A DNA stretch of 24,264 nucleotides from positions 1 to 24,264 of IMG/VR virus record IMGVR_UViG_3300025803_000100; one strand, written 5' to 3'. Below are positions 23,700 to 24,264 of this stretch, in pieces (position 1 is the first letter of the stretch; every line of letters begins with the position of its first letter). Made by a program: the position numbers and the translations under genes. Under the pieces are notes generated by a model that saw nothing but the letters and a program-made list of their open reading frames with translations, was not told where the DNA came from and ran no database searches. This DNA is from a virus. Taxonomy: Duplodnaviria > Caudoviricetes.

Positions 23700-23892
23700 C
23701 CGACCCAGACGGACACTCCCCGTAATCAACGATCGTCGTTGGCGGGTACTGGGCAAGCGCAGGCACCGACTGGCCCGTGTTCTCCTCGATCGCCGGCGTC
23801 CCAATGTCCGTCGTTACCGTATCTCCCACCGGCCCCAACGCACACCCCGTGAGCGTCGCCGCAACGGCAATCATCATCAGCTTATTCCTCAT
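23692..23892 (-). CDS. Small lipoprotein, 66 aa
   Basis: Basic N-terminus, hydrophobic core and lipobox LTGC. Confidence 0.7.
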   Translation of the reverse strand: MRNKLMMIAVAATLTGCALGPVGDTVTTDIGTPAIEENTGQSVPALAQYPPTTIVDYGECPSGSDA

Positions 23893-24131
23893 ACTGTTCC
23901 CCTTCCCTCAGTAGTCGCAACCTCGAGCAGGCCACCACGCCCGAACTCATAGTTCAACTGCCGCACGACAGCAGTGTCACGTGGGCAATCATCATAGAAC
24001 GAATACCATCCCTCGCTGAAGAACTCAGCGGACCGAGGATCGAAGAACTCCCAACCCCGATCATGCACGGTACGCCGAACGATCATCCCGTTCCAACGGT
24101 ACAGTTTCTCGTCCATCACTTCTTCGCTCAC
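23889..24131 (-). CDS. Hypothetical protein, 80 aa
   Basis: GGAGG upstream of the GTG and 4-nt overlaps with both neighbours. Confidence 0.6.
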   Translation of the reverse strand: MSEEVMDEKLYRWNGMIVRRTVHDRGWEFFDPRSAEFFSEGWYSFYDDCPRDTAVVRQLNYEFGRGGLLEVATTEGRGTV

Positions 24132-24262
24132 TTCCCCTCCCGGGACTCATCCCAACCATTACTCACCACCGCAAGCCAACCCAACCCACGGCACAACCAA
24201 CGCACCCACAACGACGGACGCCGCTCAGGCAACACACGAGGCCCCACATACGGGCCGCTCAC
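24128..24262 (-). CDS. Possible small hypothetical protein, 44 aa (may extend beyond the window)
   Basis: Hand-translated VSGPYVGPRVLPERRPSLWVRWLCRGLGWLAVVSNGWDESREGK*. The stop overlaps the next GTG (GTGA). Confidence 0.4.
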   Translation of the reverse strand: MSGPYVGPRVLPERRPSLWVRWLCRGLGWLAVVSNGWDESREGK

Positions 24263-24264
24263 TC

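Overview
This window is part of a high-GC tailed dsDNA phage genome. WhiB, an Lsr2-like domain and leaderless extended -10 promoters point to an actinobacterial host. Two convergent gene blocks meet at a terminator at about 10767-10788. The + strand block (1-10764) is a podovirus-type virion module: adaptor/tail tubular A, nozzle/tail tubular B, a tail fibre with an S74 chaperone, and three probable internal (ejection) proteins including an 1831-aa giant. The - strand block (24262 to 10819) encodes small early proteins, a lipoprotein, WhiB, DUF6378, PolA, an SNF2 helicase, a Cas4-like nuclease, a Sak4-like ATPase, a DUF669 SSB, a rhomboid protease, a primase-helicase and a lysis cassette. The most unusual element is between ssb and the rhomboid gene: a 77-nt RNA built like the tRNA-like domain of tmRNA (G3-U70, no D-stem, no anticodon loop, no mRNA-like domain), directly preceded by a two-hairpin RNA with complementary loops. 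Also notable are a stand-alone 44-aa peptide resembling the redox C-terminal tail of ribonucleotide reductase, three Lsr2-DBD-like repeats ending the giant virion protein, and a holin ORF with two possible in-frame products. All family assignments come from motif recognition by eye; no searches were run.
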